Shown: positions 1 to 9,256 of the stretch, one piece after another | How the letters are laid out: each line of letters begins with the position of its first letter | Numbering within the stretch: position 1 is the first letter of the stretch | Assembly (NCBI GenBank): GCA_019057795.1 | Contig: JAHLWS010000069.1 | Span: 46,835-110,834, forward strand | DNA: 64,000 bases | From: Promethearchaeota archaeon | Lineage (GTDB): Archaea; Asgardarchaeota; Lokiarchaeia; Sigyniarchaeales; SOKP01 | Reading direction: 5' to 3' | The notes under the pieces: model-generated | What the model was told of the DNA's origin: nothing | Seen by the model: the letters and a program-made list of their open reading frames with translations, nothing else | Database searches by the model: none | Program-made: the position numbers and the translations under genes

Positions 1-570
1 CTCCCAGGTGCCCTCTCGCCTAAAAAGAGCACATTGATGATTGCGAACAGCATCCAAAATCTTAAAAGATCCGCATATTTCAAGGGAATAGGCGCAAACA
101 GCAATTATATTATAGGAAGTGATTATATTACTTATTTCTTCCTCAAAATCGTTGAAAACTTTCCAATCTTTATCTTCTTGCCAAAAAGTATTTCCTGTTA
201 ATCTTAATCCATTAAATCCATTATCTAACGCACCATTATATTTATCTACCCATCGATTGAGAACGCTTTGCAGGTCAAATTCGTTATTTTCCTGATACAA
301 TTCTGTATATGGAATAATCTCTATCTGATTTTTCTGTACATACGTATCAAACTTAGGTATAGCCATTCTCATAGCCTTCTCGGCATCTTTTTCATTTAAC
401 GGTTCAGAAGTTATCCACATGCAATATTCATTATTCTCTAAACCTGCTTTAAAATAGGACACTAAAATCTCGAGAAGATCGCCTTGTGTTTGATAAAACA
501 TACAGAAATGAGTGCCCCATGGTATAGTGCCTAAAACTTCAATCCCAGATTTTCTTTCTGATGATTTCAT
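1..570 (-). CDS. MEDS sensory domain protein (probable N-terminus of a sensor kinase/regulator); runs off the window edge
   Basis: Not in the ORF track. Manual translation from ATG at 570: MKSSERKSGIEVLGTIPWGTHFCMFYQTQGDLLEILVSYFKAGLENNEYCMWITSEP...GLRLTGNTFW...AVCAYSL. These are typical MEDS motifs and the frame is open to position 1. Confidence 0.85.
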   Translation of the reverse strand, partial: MKSSERKSGIEVLGTIPWGTHFCMFYQTQGDLLEILVSYFKAGLENNEYCMWITSEPLNEKDAEKAMRMAIPKFDTYVQKNQIEIIPYTELYQENNEFDLQSVLNRWVDKYNGALDNGFNGLRLTGNTFWQEDKDWKVFNDFEEEISNIITSYNIIAVCAYSLEICGSFKILDAVRNHQCALFRREGTWE

Positions 571-843
571 ATATTATTTTACCCATTTAATATTAACTTT
601 TGGAAATAATTCTACTATTTGAGCCTATTAAATATCTTTTATTTTTTATTATTTAGAACTAGTTTTTTTATATAATTTTATTGTTTTAAAAAAACCTTAA
701 AACAACTACGAAAAATTTATATTTTACGCTCAACTAAAAATTAAATAAATTTATAAAATTCAAAAGTCTTTTTAAATAAAGAATTTACACCTAATAATAC
801 CAGCTTTCATATAAGAGATTTGTTAACGTCTATTGAAAGCTTT

Positions 844-2334
844 TCACGCTTTTTCTACACGAAATATATGGCTATTCCAACCCTCTAATTCGATATATAA
901 TCCATTTTCACGAAGATCTTTTCCTTTATAAATATACTCGTTCCTTGTAAGCAGATCTGTAAACTTCCAGTTAAATAGTCCAAAATCTATATCTTCTATT
1001 ATTAAATGCGCTTTGGAAGCAATTAAACTATAATTGACAACAATTAATAGTCGATCCTTATCTGTCCACCACTGATACGAAATAATATTATTGAAAGAGT
1101 TATCACTTGAACTGATAGGTTTAACTTTACATAAAGACCATTTTGCATTATCAAACTCTCTTCCGGGAATAATTTCCAACAAATTGTCATAGAATTCCAT
1201 CAGAGCTAAGTCATCTTCTTCTGTCGTCGCCCTTCCTAATTGAACAGGTAATTTTATTTCGTATCCTCGTGTTTGCCCTTCAAAAATCAATCGAGCGCCA
1301 GGTAGTGTTGATGTAATAACAACAGCAGCTTTTGAAGCTTCAGTTCCGAACACCGTTATAGCTCTTGGTTCATCGTGATTTTCAATAAAGCGGAGCAATT
1401 TTCTTTGGTAATCCAAATCTGCTTTAAGATGTTCGTTTACTCTCTGAGCATTATCATTAGCTAAGCGTTCGTATAGTTTCTTATCATAACAATAATCAAA
1501 TCCTTGCTGCATCAATTCCCATTCCATATCCCAATACACTTCAGCTATAAACTTAAAATCGGGGAATTCATTTTTTACAGCAACAATAATTTCTTCCCAA
1601 AATTCTTTTTCAAGAGCTGGACCTACTTTTACCTCCCATGTGCGGTTAAAAACGCTATTAGTCATTAACATTGCCATATCACATCTAACACCATCACATT
1701 GTTGGGCGATCGAAAGTAGCGTGTGAATGGCTTTTGAACGAGCTTCAGGCGAAAACGCATTGATTTGCACGGTGTCGGTCCATGCAGGAAAATTGGGATC
1801 GCGACCATGAGCATAAACAATATCTCCTAAAGAGAAAAAGTCGTATGGTTTAGCTATTAAATCATCTATAGTTCCTTTTATAAAAACATCTGATTTTTCA
1901 AGCGTCCATAGATGGTCTACTGAAACATGGTTGGGAACATAATCTAAAAGTAGCAATATTCCATGGTCAGCTAATTCTTTGCGGAAGAAATCTAAACCAT
2001 CTGAACCCCCAAGGTGAGAACTAACGTGATAATAATATACTGAATATGGCGAACCAATAACATCATCGGTATTAAAATAATGTAACGCCTTACGATATTC
2101 TTCTTGTAAACCTTCGTGGTTAATCGCAATTTCTCTTCCTATAGGACTTCTTTCCCATACTCCCATTAACCAAATTGCATCATAAGGAGTTAATTCTTGG
2201 TCAATTAATTCAACAGGTAATGTATCTAACTTAATTGAATGGCCATATATCTCAGATAAATTGTTTAACCATGGCCACGTGTTAATTTCGTAAATTTTAG
2301 GGTGTTTAGGCCATATAATCTTTTTTATTGACAT
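844..2334 (-). CDS. GH13 alpha-amylase family glycoside hydrolase
   Basis: GH13 motifs: DYVPNH, GVRCDMAM (nucleophile Asp), IAEVYW (acid/base Glu), ENHDE. Confidence 0.9.
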   Translation of the reverse strand: MSIKKIIWPKHPKIYEINTWPWLNNLSEIYGHSIKLDTLPVELIDQELTPYDAIWLMGVWERSPIGREIAINHEGLQEEYRKALHYFNTDDVIGSPYSVYYYHVSSHLGGSDGLDFFRKELADHGILLLLDYVPNHVSVDHLWTLEKSDVFIKGTIDDLIAKPYDFFSLGDIVYAHGRDPNFPAWTDTVQINAFSPEARSKAIHTLLSIAQQCDGVRCDMAMLMTNSVFNRTWEVKVGPALEKEFWEEIIVAVKNEFPDFKFIAEVYWDMEWELMQQGFDYCYDKKLYERLANDNAQRVNEHLKADLDYQRKLLRFIENHDEPRAITVFGTEASKAAVVITSTLPGARLIFEGQTRGYEIKLPVQLGRATTEEDDLALMEFYDNLLEIIPGREFDNAKWSLCKVKPISSSDNSFNNIISYQWWTDKDRLLIVVNYSLIASKAHLIIEDIDFGLFNWKFTDLLTRNEYIYKGKDLRENGLYIELEGWNSHIFRVEKA

Positions 2335-2561
2335 GATTAATTTAGGGTCGATTCATTCTTAGTATTAATGAATATTAAATATGCCTCCTAATATAAAAAA
2401 TAAATCCTATTTTAGTTTCAAATTTCGAACAGAAGTTAACGAGTAATTTATTGTTAAGTTATTTTTTGTCAACTTTTTTAAAAATAAATATATATAAATT
2501 ATTAGACAATCATATCTATAATATCTATAATAAAGAAAAATAAAAGAAGTAAGTATTGAAA

Positions 2562-3119
2562 ATGAGTGAAGAGAAAGAAGCAATTCGAAAGCTTATAATG
2601 CTGATTTCAGATTTACGTGCTAAAGACGAGGAGCGTTACGAGGCTCACGTTAATTTTATGAACGAAACCATTAAAATGATTAGTGCAATTGAGTCTCAGA
2701 TGAATAAACACTGGTCTACTGTGTTAGAATCCCTTAAGGAATTAAATGAGGACATAAACAATAATTTAGACAGTTTACTTACAGGAATAAACCCGAAAGG
2801 TCTAAGAGAAACGTCCAAATCGCTTCAAGAAATCATGGATACAATGAACAAGAGCGTTCAATCGATGAATTTGGAAAAGGTTTTAAGCGAACTTAAAGTT
2901 TTAAAAGCTTCAACAATACCAATAACAGCAATTCCTGGGGCGGTTTCTGTAGGACAGCAACCAGAACAAATTACAGCTAATCTTAATCTGAACCCTCCGG
3001 GGGGTGCAGTAGCTTCACAAGAACCTGAAGTATACGGATTTGTCCCCGGAAAAAAGAAGAAGAAAGAAGACGAAAATGACGAGCCGCACCTTATGAAGCC
3101 AAGTGACCTTTTTAAGTAA
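2562..3119 (+). CDS. hypothetical coiled-coil protein with low-complexity tail
   Basis: 187-aa ORF (TTG at 2556, ATG at 2562). Helical heptad-like N-terminal half and a Pro/Gly-rich tail ending LMKPSDLFK. Confidence 0.75.
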   Translation: MSEEKEAIRKLIMLISDLRAKDEERYEAHVNFMNETIKMISAIESQMNKHWSTVLESLKELNEDINNNLDSLLTGINPKGLRETSKSLQEIMDTMNKSVQSMNLEKVLSELKVLKASTIPITAIPGAVSVGQQPEQITANLNLNPPGGAVASQEPEVYGFVPGKKKKKEDENDEPHLMKPSDLFK

Positions 3120-3191
3120 TTTGGGAGATTTACTGGCTCAAAAAATCAATATAAGTCCACCTGCTGCCCGGGGATTAATTACTTAATCAAT

Positions 3192-4550
3192 CTAATACAT
3201 ATTTTTCAATCTTTCCATAAAAGGTTCTACACTTTTTTTGACTCCGTTTACATTTTCGCCTATTTTTTTGAAATTAATAACTATTGATGGTATATTTAAT
3301 TCCGTTTTCATTTTATCCTTTAATGTATCGTATGTTTTTGATATTGAAGGGCACCCAAATACCTGGTTGAAGATTAAACCATCTATGTTCATTCTTTTTG
3401 CTGCTGCTAAGTAGGAATTCGTCATATTTTCTCTGTTGCATCCAATTCCTTTTGTTGATGCGTTCAATAGAAAACGAGAGTAATCTTCAATGGGGTCGGA
3501 ATTTTTTGATAAAGGGATTTCTTCCAATAAACCTAGTAAGTCCCAATCAGCATAAATTATCCTTCCACCCAATTTATAAATAATTTCGTGTACTTCTGGT
3601 TCCCACCCTTGGTACATTGGGGCAAATAACACCCTTGGCATGTGAGAAACATCCATTCCTATACCTTTTTTGATCCTCTCTCTCATTTCTTTAACTAATT
3701 GACTCATATTATTTAAGTATCTTTGAGCGTTAGAATTATAATCTTGAAATGTTATTGTTAGAAGCGCTAGAATTTCCGCAAAGGATGCAGGATTACAAGG
3801 ATAGAAATTTGAAGTACTGATCTCATAAAGGATTGTTTTATAAAATCGCTTTACCTGGTTTCCTATTCGGAATTGTTTTTGTAAGCTACTATCTGTGACA
3901 AAATTTCCTGTTATACCCTCTAAATCACTGATCCCCCTTTTTACACTGTTTATTATTTGTTCTAGTGCCTTATTTTCATTTTCTAGATTTTTAGGAGGAA
4001 CCTCAATCGTTATTTGATTAGGGACTGTTGTTTTTAACGATTCAGAAAACTTATTCCATTCACCACAACGCATAGCAAAGTTAAGATTAGCGTCTAAATT
4101 TTTGCCCTTTGATAAATGCATTCCATAAAGAGCGTTAATTCCATAACATAATTCAGAGGGAACGCCATTATTAACACCTAATTCGTACATTTCATTATAT
4201 TTACTATGAATCGAGGTAATAACATCTTCAAGAATTTTATCGACTATTTTTAATATATCAAATTGACGAGCGAAATCTAGAAATTTTGATGTTAAACTCC
4301 AACCTAATACACTAGTGGCGGAATTTAACATTGCTAAGTACTTATTAACTTCAAACGATTCCATTCGAATTGGAAAAACTGGAATCCCTCCAACGGCAAA
4401 AGCTAAATCTGGGAAACCTAAGGCAACTGAAATTAATTTTTTCTTTTCTTTAAACTTTTTCTTTTTTAGATACTCTCTACCTGTTAAAAAATTATAAGCC
4501 ATTTTAAGAACAGACGTGAAACTTACGACATCGTCAGCGTATATACTCGT
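3192..4550 (-). CDS. 2-hydroxyacyl-CoA dehydratase subunit (HgdA/FldB-like), paralog of 10441..11796
   Basis: Colinear with 10441..11796 and keeps the Fe-S Cys positions (LCYG, RCG, FGCP). The ORF-track ATG is at 4502, but homology extends 16 codons upstream to ACG at 4548-4550. Confidence 0.8.
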   Translation of the reverse strand, partial: TSIYADDVVSFTSVLKMAYNFLTGREYLKKKKFKEKKKLISVALGFPDLAFAVGGIPVFPIRMESFEVNKYLAMLNSATSVLGWSLTSKFLDFARQFDILKIVDKILEDVITSIHSKYNEMYELGVNNGVPSELCYGINALYGMHLSKGKNLDANLNFAMRCGEWNKFSESLKTTVPNQITIEVPPKNLENENKALEQIINSVKRGISDLEGITGNFVTDSSLQKQFRIGNQVKRFYKTILYEISTSNFYPCNPASFAEILALLTITFQDYNSNAQRYLNNMSQLVKEMRERIKKGIGMDVSHMPRVLFAPMYQGWEPEVHEIIYKLGGRIIYADWDLLGLLEEIPLSKNSDPIEDYSRFLLNASTKGIGCNRENMTNSYLAAAKRMNIDGLIFNQVFGCPSISKTYDTLKDKMKTELNIPSIVINFKKIGENVNGVKKSVEPFMERLKNMY

Positions 4551-4652
4551 TTTAAAACCAACTCTAGCTGCTATTATAAAATAAGAATTTTCTACAACTA
4601 TAATTTAAAAATAGTCATCTAATTGTAATAAAATTTATGAGGTAAAGTATAA

Positions 4653-4669
4653 GGGTTTATGATTTTATT
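4653..4669. repeat. 17-bp direct repeat GGGTTTATGATTTTATT, copy 1 (copy 2 at 7100-7116)
   Basis: Exact match read directly from the sequence. Confidence 0.85.
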
Positions 4670-4799
4670 TGAACATCTTCATAAAAACTCCAAGATGAGT
4701 TTTTATTTCTTCGATTTTTTCGCCAATTTTATTATATATCATTGTTATTGATGGTATTTCAACTACTCGACATAATTTTTCTTTTAATATAACATATAC
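4665..4799 (-). pseudogene. 3' remnant of a 2-hydroxyacyl-CoA dehydratase alpha-type gene
   Basis: Translates VYVILKEKLCRVVEIPSITMIYNKIGEKIEEIKTHLGVFMKMFK*. This aligns without gaps to the C-terminus of 10441..11796 (CYTMLREKVRRELEIPTTAITFNKIGENIEQMKTRLGAFMEMFK*). The 5' part is absent, with an in-frame stop about 10 codons upstream. Confidence 0.85.
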
Positions 4800-4943
4800 T
4801 CTTAGAAGTTTTATTCTAATACTCGAATATTATCTCGGATTTGAAAATATTTATATTTCATGGTTTACTTCTTGAAATTCGAATTTTTCCGCAAACATAA
4901 GAGTTAAGCAAGATTTAATTGTATATAAAATGTATTATAAACC

Positions 4944-4963
4944 AAGAAAATGAAAATATGAAA
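4944..4963. repeat. 20-bp direct repeat AAGAAAATGAAAATATGAAA, copy 1 (copy 2 at 7146-7165)
   Basis: Exact match read directly from the sequence. Confidence 0.85.
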
Positions 4964-4976
4964 AAATCTGATCAAG

Positions 4977-5963
4977 ATGACTAAGGAAAAAATAAAAATT
5001 TGCGTACTTGAGAAAAAACGAGGAAATTTTTCAATACAAGAGAAATTTGCTAAAAACGAAAATATTATCGATACAACTAATCAAGAAGTAGAACATCATT
5101 TAAGTGCTTTAAATGAAGCGGGTTATGATGTAAAAATATTAAAATGGAATGACAATATAATTTATGATTTAAAAAGTCTTGACATTGATATCGTATTTAA
5201 TATATCCAGCATTGTTGAAACAGCTATTTTAGAAGAATTAGAGATACCTTATGTAGGGTCTGATGTTTTTGGATGCGTTATAGCAACCGATAAGGTTCTT
5301 ACTAAAGACTTGTGGTTTAAAAAAGGATTACCAACATCACCTTATATTTTAGCAAGATCAAAAGAGGATTGTGAAATTTTTAAGAAAAACAAGCCATTTG
5401 ATTATCCTTTATTTATAAAACCCTCTCAAGGGAGAGGAAGTTCTGGAATCGATGAATCCTCACTTATCTGTTCATATAACGAATTAATTAAAGGAGTTGA
5501 AAAAAGATTAAACACAATAAATCAACCTGTTCTTATTGAAAAATTTTTAAAAGGTAGGGAAATAACATGTGGAATTATTGGTAATGGAAATCAGATTAAA
5601 GCCTTACCTTTATTAGAAATAATACACAAGGAAAAGGAAAAATTCTTGACATTTAATAAAAAAGAGTTAGATGACGATCAATTCCAATGCCCTGCAAAAT
5701 TAACTCCGAAACAGTCTAAAGAATTACAGAAATTAGCTATTTCAGCATTTCAAGCGATAAATCTTAGAGATTATGGTCGTGTAGACATGATCTTATCAGA
5801 AGAAGGTCCTTTTTTATTAGAAATAAATTGTTTTGCAGGATTAATGTGTACACCAAAAGATAAACCTCATAGTTACATGGGCTTTATGGCAATTGCAGAA
5901 AACAAAAAAAGTAGTGAATTCTTAGATGAAATTATAAAAGAAGCATTAAAAAGAATTGGATAA
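4977..5963 (+). CDS. ATP-grasp ligase, D-alanine--D-alanine ligase family
   Basis: LEELEIPYVGSD, DKVLTK, PLFIKPSQGRGSSGI, LIEKFLKGREITCGI, RDYGRVD, LEINCFAG. Lacks the GGxSxE N-terminal motif of canonical Ddl. Confidence 0.85.
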   Translation: MTKEKIKICVLEKKRGNFSIQEKFAKNENIIDTTNQEVEHHLSALNEAGYDVKILKWNDNIIYDLKSLDIDIVFNISSIVETAILEELEIPYVGSDVFGCVIATDKVLTKDLWFKKGLPTSPYILARSKEDCEIFKKNKPFDYPLFIKPSQGRGSSGIDESSLICSYNELIKGVEKRLNTINQPVLIEKFLKGREITCGIIGNGNQIKALPLLEIIHKEKEKFLTFNKKELDDDQFQCPAKLTPKQSKELQKLAISAFQAINLRDYGRVDMILSEEGPFLLEINCFAGLMCTPKDKPHSYMGFMAIAENKKSSEFLDEIIKEALKRIG

Positions 5964-6005
5964 CTTTCGTTCAAACTAAAAACAAATTGTATTATGTGAA
6001 TTAAA

Positions 6006-7091
6006 ATGCCAATACTTGAAATAAATTTGAGAAAAATTAGACATAACGCAAAATTATTAAAGAATCTTTTAACTCAGCGAAATGTATCTATTATTGGAAT
6101 TACAAAACTTGTCTTAGGAAACCCTACTATTGCAATGACGTTGGTTCAAGGAGGAATAGAGTATTTAGGAGATTCACGAATTAACAATATTATTAAAATG
6201 AAAAAAAATAATATTAGAGCTCAATTTGTTTTAATTCGTATTCCAAGCATTACTGAAATTCCTCTTGTTGTTAAATACGCAAATTATAGCCTAAATTCAG
6301 AATTAAAGACCATAAGAATGCTTTCAAATGAAGCCGTTAAACAAAAAAAGATACATAATATAATTCTAATGGTAGATATGGGAGATTTAAGAGAAGGAAT
6401 AAATATATTCAATATTGAATTTTTTGTCGAAGAGATTTTAAAACTAAAAAATATAAATTTAAGTGGAATTGGTACAAATTTCAAATGTTTTGGTGGTATC
6501 ATCCCGACAGATGAAAATATGAATGAATTTTCAAAATTAGTCTTTAGGATCAAGGATAAATTTGAATTGGAATTAGAATTTGTTTCAGGAGGAAATTCTG
6601 CAAATTTTAACTGGTTTAAATCGTGTAAAAACATTGGTGAAATAAATAATTTTAGAATTGGGGAAGCCATGTTTCTAGGAAAAGAAACGATAAATTATGA
6701 ACCAATTCCAAATCTATATACAGACGCTTTTAAGTTAATAACAGAGATTGTTGAGTTAAAACAAAGATCTGTAATCCCCAAAGGGATTATTGTATCAAAT
6801 GCATTTGGGGAACGTGTCCAAACTTACCATAAAAAAATTAACAACGGTAAAAAAAGCGATATAATTAGAACACAAGCACTTTTAAATATAGGTAGACAAG
6901 ATATTGCAGTAAAAGGATTAAATCCGAAAGAAAGTATTAATATTCTTGGAGCTTCAAGCGACTACTTAGTTGTAGATATAAGAGATAATCAATTTCAGAT
7001 TGGACAAAAATTGCATTTTGATTTAAATTATGAAGCTCTTTTAAGAGCAATGACTAGTCCCTATATCCATAAGAAATTTATCGATATTTAA
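6006..7091 (+). CDS. PLP-dependent alanine/ornithine racemase family protein (fold type III)
   Basis: IIGITK (PLP Lys), LGDSRI, NSE, MVDMGDLREG, SGGNSA, FRIGEA, GRQD, ILGASSD; resembles ornithine racemase-type proteins. Confidence 0.85.
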   Translation: MPILEINLRKIRHNAKLLKNLLTQRNVSIIGITKLVLGNPTIAMTLVQGGIEYLGDSRINNIIKMKKNNIRAQFVLIRIPSITEIPLVVKYANYSLNSELKTIRMLSNEAVKQKKIHNIILMVDMGDLREGINIFNIEFFVEEILKLKNINLSGIGTNFKCFGGIIPTDENMNEFSKLVFRIKDKFELELEFVSGGNSANFNWFKSCKNIGEINNFRIGEAMFLGKETINYEPIPNLYTDAFKLITEIVELKQRSVIPKGIIVSNAFGERVQTYHKKINNGKKSDIIRTQALLNIGRQDIAVKGLNPKESINILGASSDYLVVDIRDNQFQIGQKLHFDLNYEALLRAMTSPYIHKKFIDI

Positions 7092-7099
7092 ATTTACAT

Positions 7100-7165
7100 G
7101 GGTTTATGATTTTATTCTGAATGGTAACGAAACACATTTTAGAAGAAGAAAATGAAAATATGAAA
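7100..7165. repeat. second copies of the 17-bp (7100-7116) and 20-bp (7146-7165) direct repeats
   Basis: Exact matches to 4653-4669 and 4944-4963, in the same order. Confidence 0.85.
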
Positions 7166-7516
7166 TTTATTTTTATTACAGTAAGGATAATTTTTAGTTT
7201 ATTAAAAAAAGTTCTAAAAAACATCTACATAATTGTAGAATTAAAATTTGCCTCTTAATCTATATAAATGACGCAAAATTTTAAATGTAATAATTGATAT
7301 AATAAGATAGGAAGAATTTTGCATTGAAACTTAAAACGGTATTAATTATCTAAATATTAGAATATATTTTTGTATCCAATAAATTAGGGATATAATTAGA
7401 GCAACTGGTTATTCACTGTTATTATTCTATCGAATTTTAATAATCACTACTCTGCAATCCAGTAAGTTTCTTTAATGCTTATTTCAAATATTGTTTGAAG
7501 GGTGTTTTATTCAATA

Positions 7517-9256
7517 ATGATGACTAACTCTTATTTAGAGAAAAAAAAAAATAGAAGAATTTTAACAGCATGTATAGGACAATGCGTGCATGTAGCAGGT
7601 ACATATAATTTCATTCAAATTTCAAAACAGTTAGGTTATAATAATATATTTTTAGGACCTGCTACCCCTATTTCAATTGTTATCGATCAAATTAAAAAGT
7701 ATGACCCTAACATTGTAGGGCTAAGTTATCGTTTAACGGCAGACACTGTTAGACCTTTACTAAATGAATTTTTTAAAAATTTTATAAAATTAGAGAAAAA
7801 ACCAAAAAAATTATTTTTTGCTGGAACACCTGAAGTAGTTGAGATTGCAAGAAAATATGAAGGGTTCGATGAATATTTTGTTGGAGGGGAATCAAAATTT
7901 GAATTAATTTCTATCTTGAGAAATGAGAAAGTAAAATCAGAAAGTAAAACAGAAATCCCTATGGACATTATTTCTCGAATACAATGGAAGAAACCTTATC
8001 CTGTAATTAGAGCGCACTTTGGATTACCTAATTTCAATGAAACAATAGAAGGAATAAAAAAAATTGCTAAAGCTAAAGTCTTAGATGTTATTTCAATTGC
8101 GCCCGATCAAAATACGCAAGCAAATTATTTCCACCCTGAAAATCAAGATAAAGAATTATCTGGAGCGGGCGGGGTTCCTTTGCGCACTCAGCAAGATTTC
8201 GAAAAGCTCCATCAGGCAAGATTAACCGGAAACTATCCGATGTTAAGGGTATATGCTGGAACACGCGATTTCATTAAATTAGGAAAATTGTATCGAGATA
8301 CAATTCAAAATGCTTGGGCAGCAATTCCTATTTTTTGGTTTAATCAAATGGATAGTAGGGGGCCTTTAACTTTAAAAGAATCGATTAAACAGCATCTAAA
8401 CGCAATAAAGTGGCACGGAAAGCACAATATTCCCGTTGAAGTAAACGATCCACATCATTGGAGCCTTCGAGACGCTCCTGATGCTATAGCTGTTGCTGAT
8501 ATGTATTTATGTGGAATAATAGCCAAAAAATTAGGCGTCAAAAATTTTATAGCACAATATATGTTTAATACACCTCCATCAAGTTCACTTGATATGGACT
8601 TAGCAAAAATTCTCGCTAAAGATGAGTTACTTCAAACGCTAGCCAATGAGAACTTTACGATAATTAAGCAAGTTCGAACGGGAATAACAAGTTTCCCATT
8701 AGATTTGGATAAAGCAAAAGGACAGCTTGCTACAGCGACATTTGTTCAATTAGCTATTAGACCAGACATTGTTCATGTAGTTAGTTCTTCTGAAGCTAGT
8801 CATGCAGCTCGTCCAGAAAATGTAATAGAAAGTTGTAAAATAGTGGATCAAGTCATAGATAAAGTTTATTCCTGTAAAATTAATATTATAGATAAAAAAA
8901 TTGAGGAAAGGAAAGAAGAATTAATAAGACAAGCCAAATGGATAGTTAATTTAATACCTCATCTAACAAAAAATGAAGAAGAAACGATAAGTCCATACAC
9001 CAATTATGAAGTTTTAAGTCGACTCGTAAAATATGGTATATTTGATGCCCCACATTTAAAAAACAATAAATTTGCGTTGGGTAAAATTAAAACAAAAGTA
9101 ATTAACGGTGCTTGTTATTCGTGGAATGAATCTCAGCAAAAAATTTACGATGAAATTGAAAGAATAAAAGACATTATCTTTAATAGCCCATTTAAAAATT
9201 TTTCTGATTCATTACAACAAAAAGAAAAATCCATCACAAAGGTGATGGATGAATGA
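7517..9256 (+). CDS. cobalamin-binding domain fused to a glutamate-mutase-epsilon-like TIM barrel (single-chain B12 mutase-like protein)
   Basis: N-terminal His-on B12 motif (CVHVAG...FLG...VGLSYRL...FAG). The C-terminal region has segments resembling GlmE (GTRD, AKKLGVKN, SFPLDLDKAKGQLATAT, SEA, GIFDAP). ORF-track start is GTG at 7502; ATG at 7517. Confidence 0.75.
   Translation: MMTNSYLEKKKNRRILTACIGQCVHVAGTYNFIQISKQLGYNNIFLGPATPISIVIDQIKKYDPNIVGLSYRLTADTVRPLLNEFFKNFIKLEKKPKKLFFAGTPEVVEIARKYEGFDEYFVGGESKFELISILRNEKVKSESKTEIPMDIISRIQWKKPYPVIRAHFGLPNFNETIEGIKKIAKAKVLDVISIAPDQNTQANYFHPENQDKELSGAGGVPLRTQQDFEKLHQARLTGNYPMLRVYAGTRDFIKLGKLYRDTIQNAWAAIPIFWFNQMDSRGPLTLKESIKQHLNAIKWHGKHNIPVEVNDPHHWSLRDAPDAIAVADMYLCGIIAKKLGVKNFIAQYMFNTPPSSSLDMDLAKILAKDELLQTLANENFTIIKQVRTGITSFPLDLDKAKGQLATATFVQLAIRPDIVHVVSSSEASHAARPENVIESCKIVDQVIDKVYSCKINIIDKKIEERKEELIRQAKWIVNLIPHLTKNEEETISPYTNYEVLSRLVKYGIFDAPHLKNNKFALGKIKTKVINGACYSWNESQQKIYDEIERIKDIIFNSPFKNFSDSLQQKEKSITKVMDE

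Noticed and set aside
4977-7091. Peptidoglycan (ddl/alr) biosynthesis
   Set aside because: Archaeal context, no mur genes, the ligase lacks canonical Ddl N-terminal motifs, and the racemase is ornithine-racemase-like.
7380-7475. Cobalamin riboswitch upstream of the B12 gene (GGGA...CACTGT...CCAG fragments and a weak ACTGG/CCAGT stem)
   Set aside because: The core helices cannot be built and the region is very AT-rich. An Infernal search with Rfam cobalamin models would settle it.
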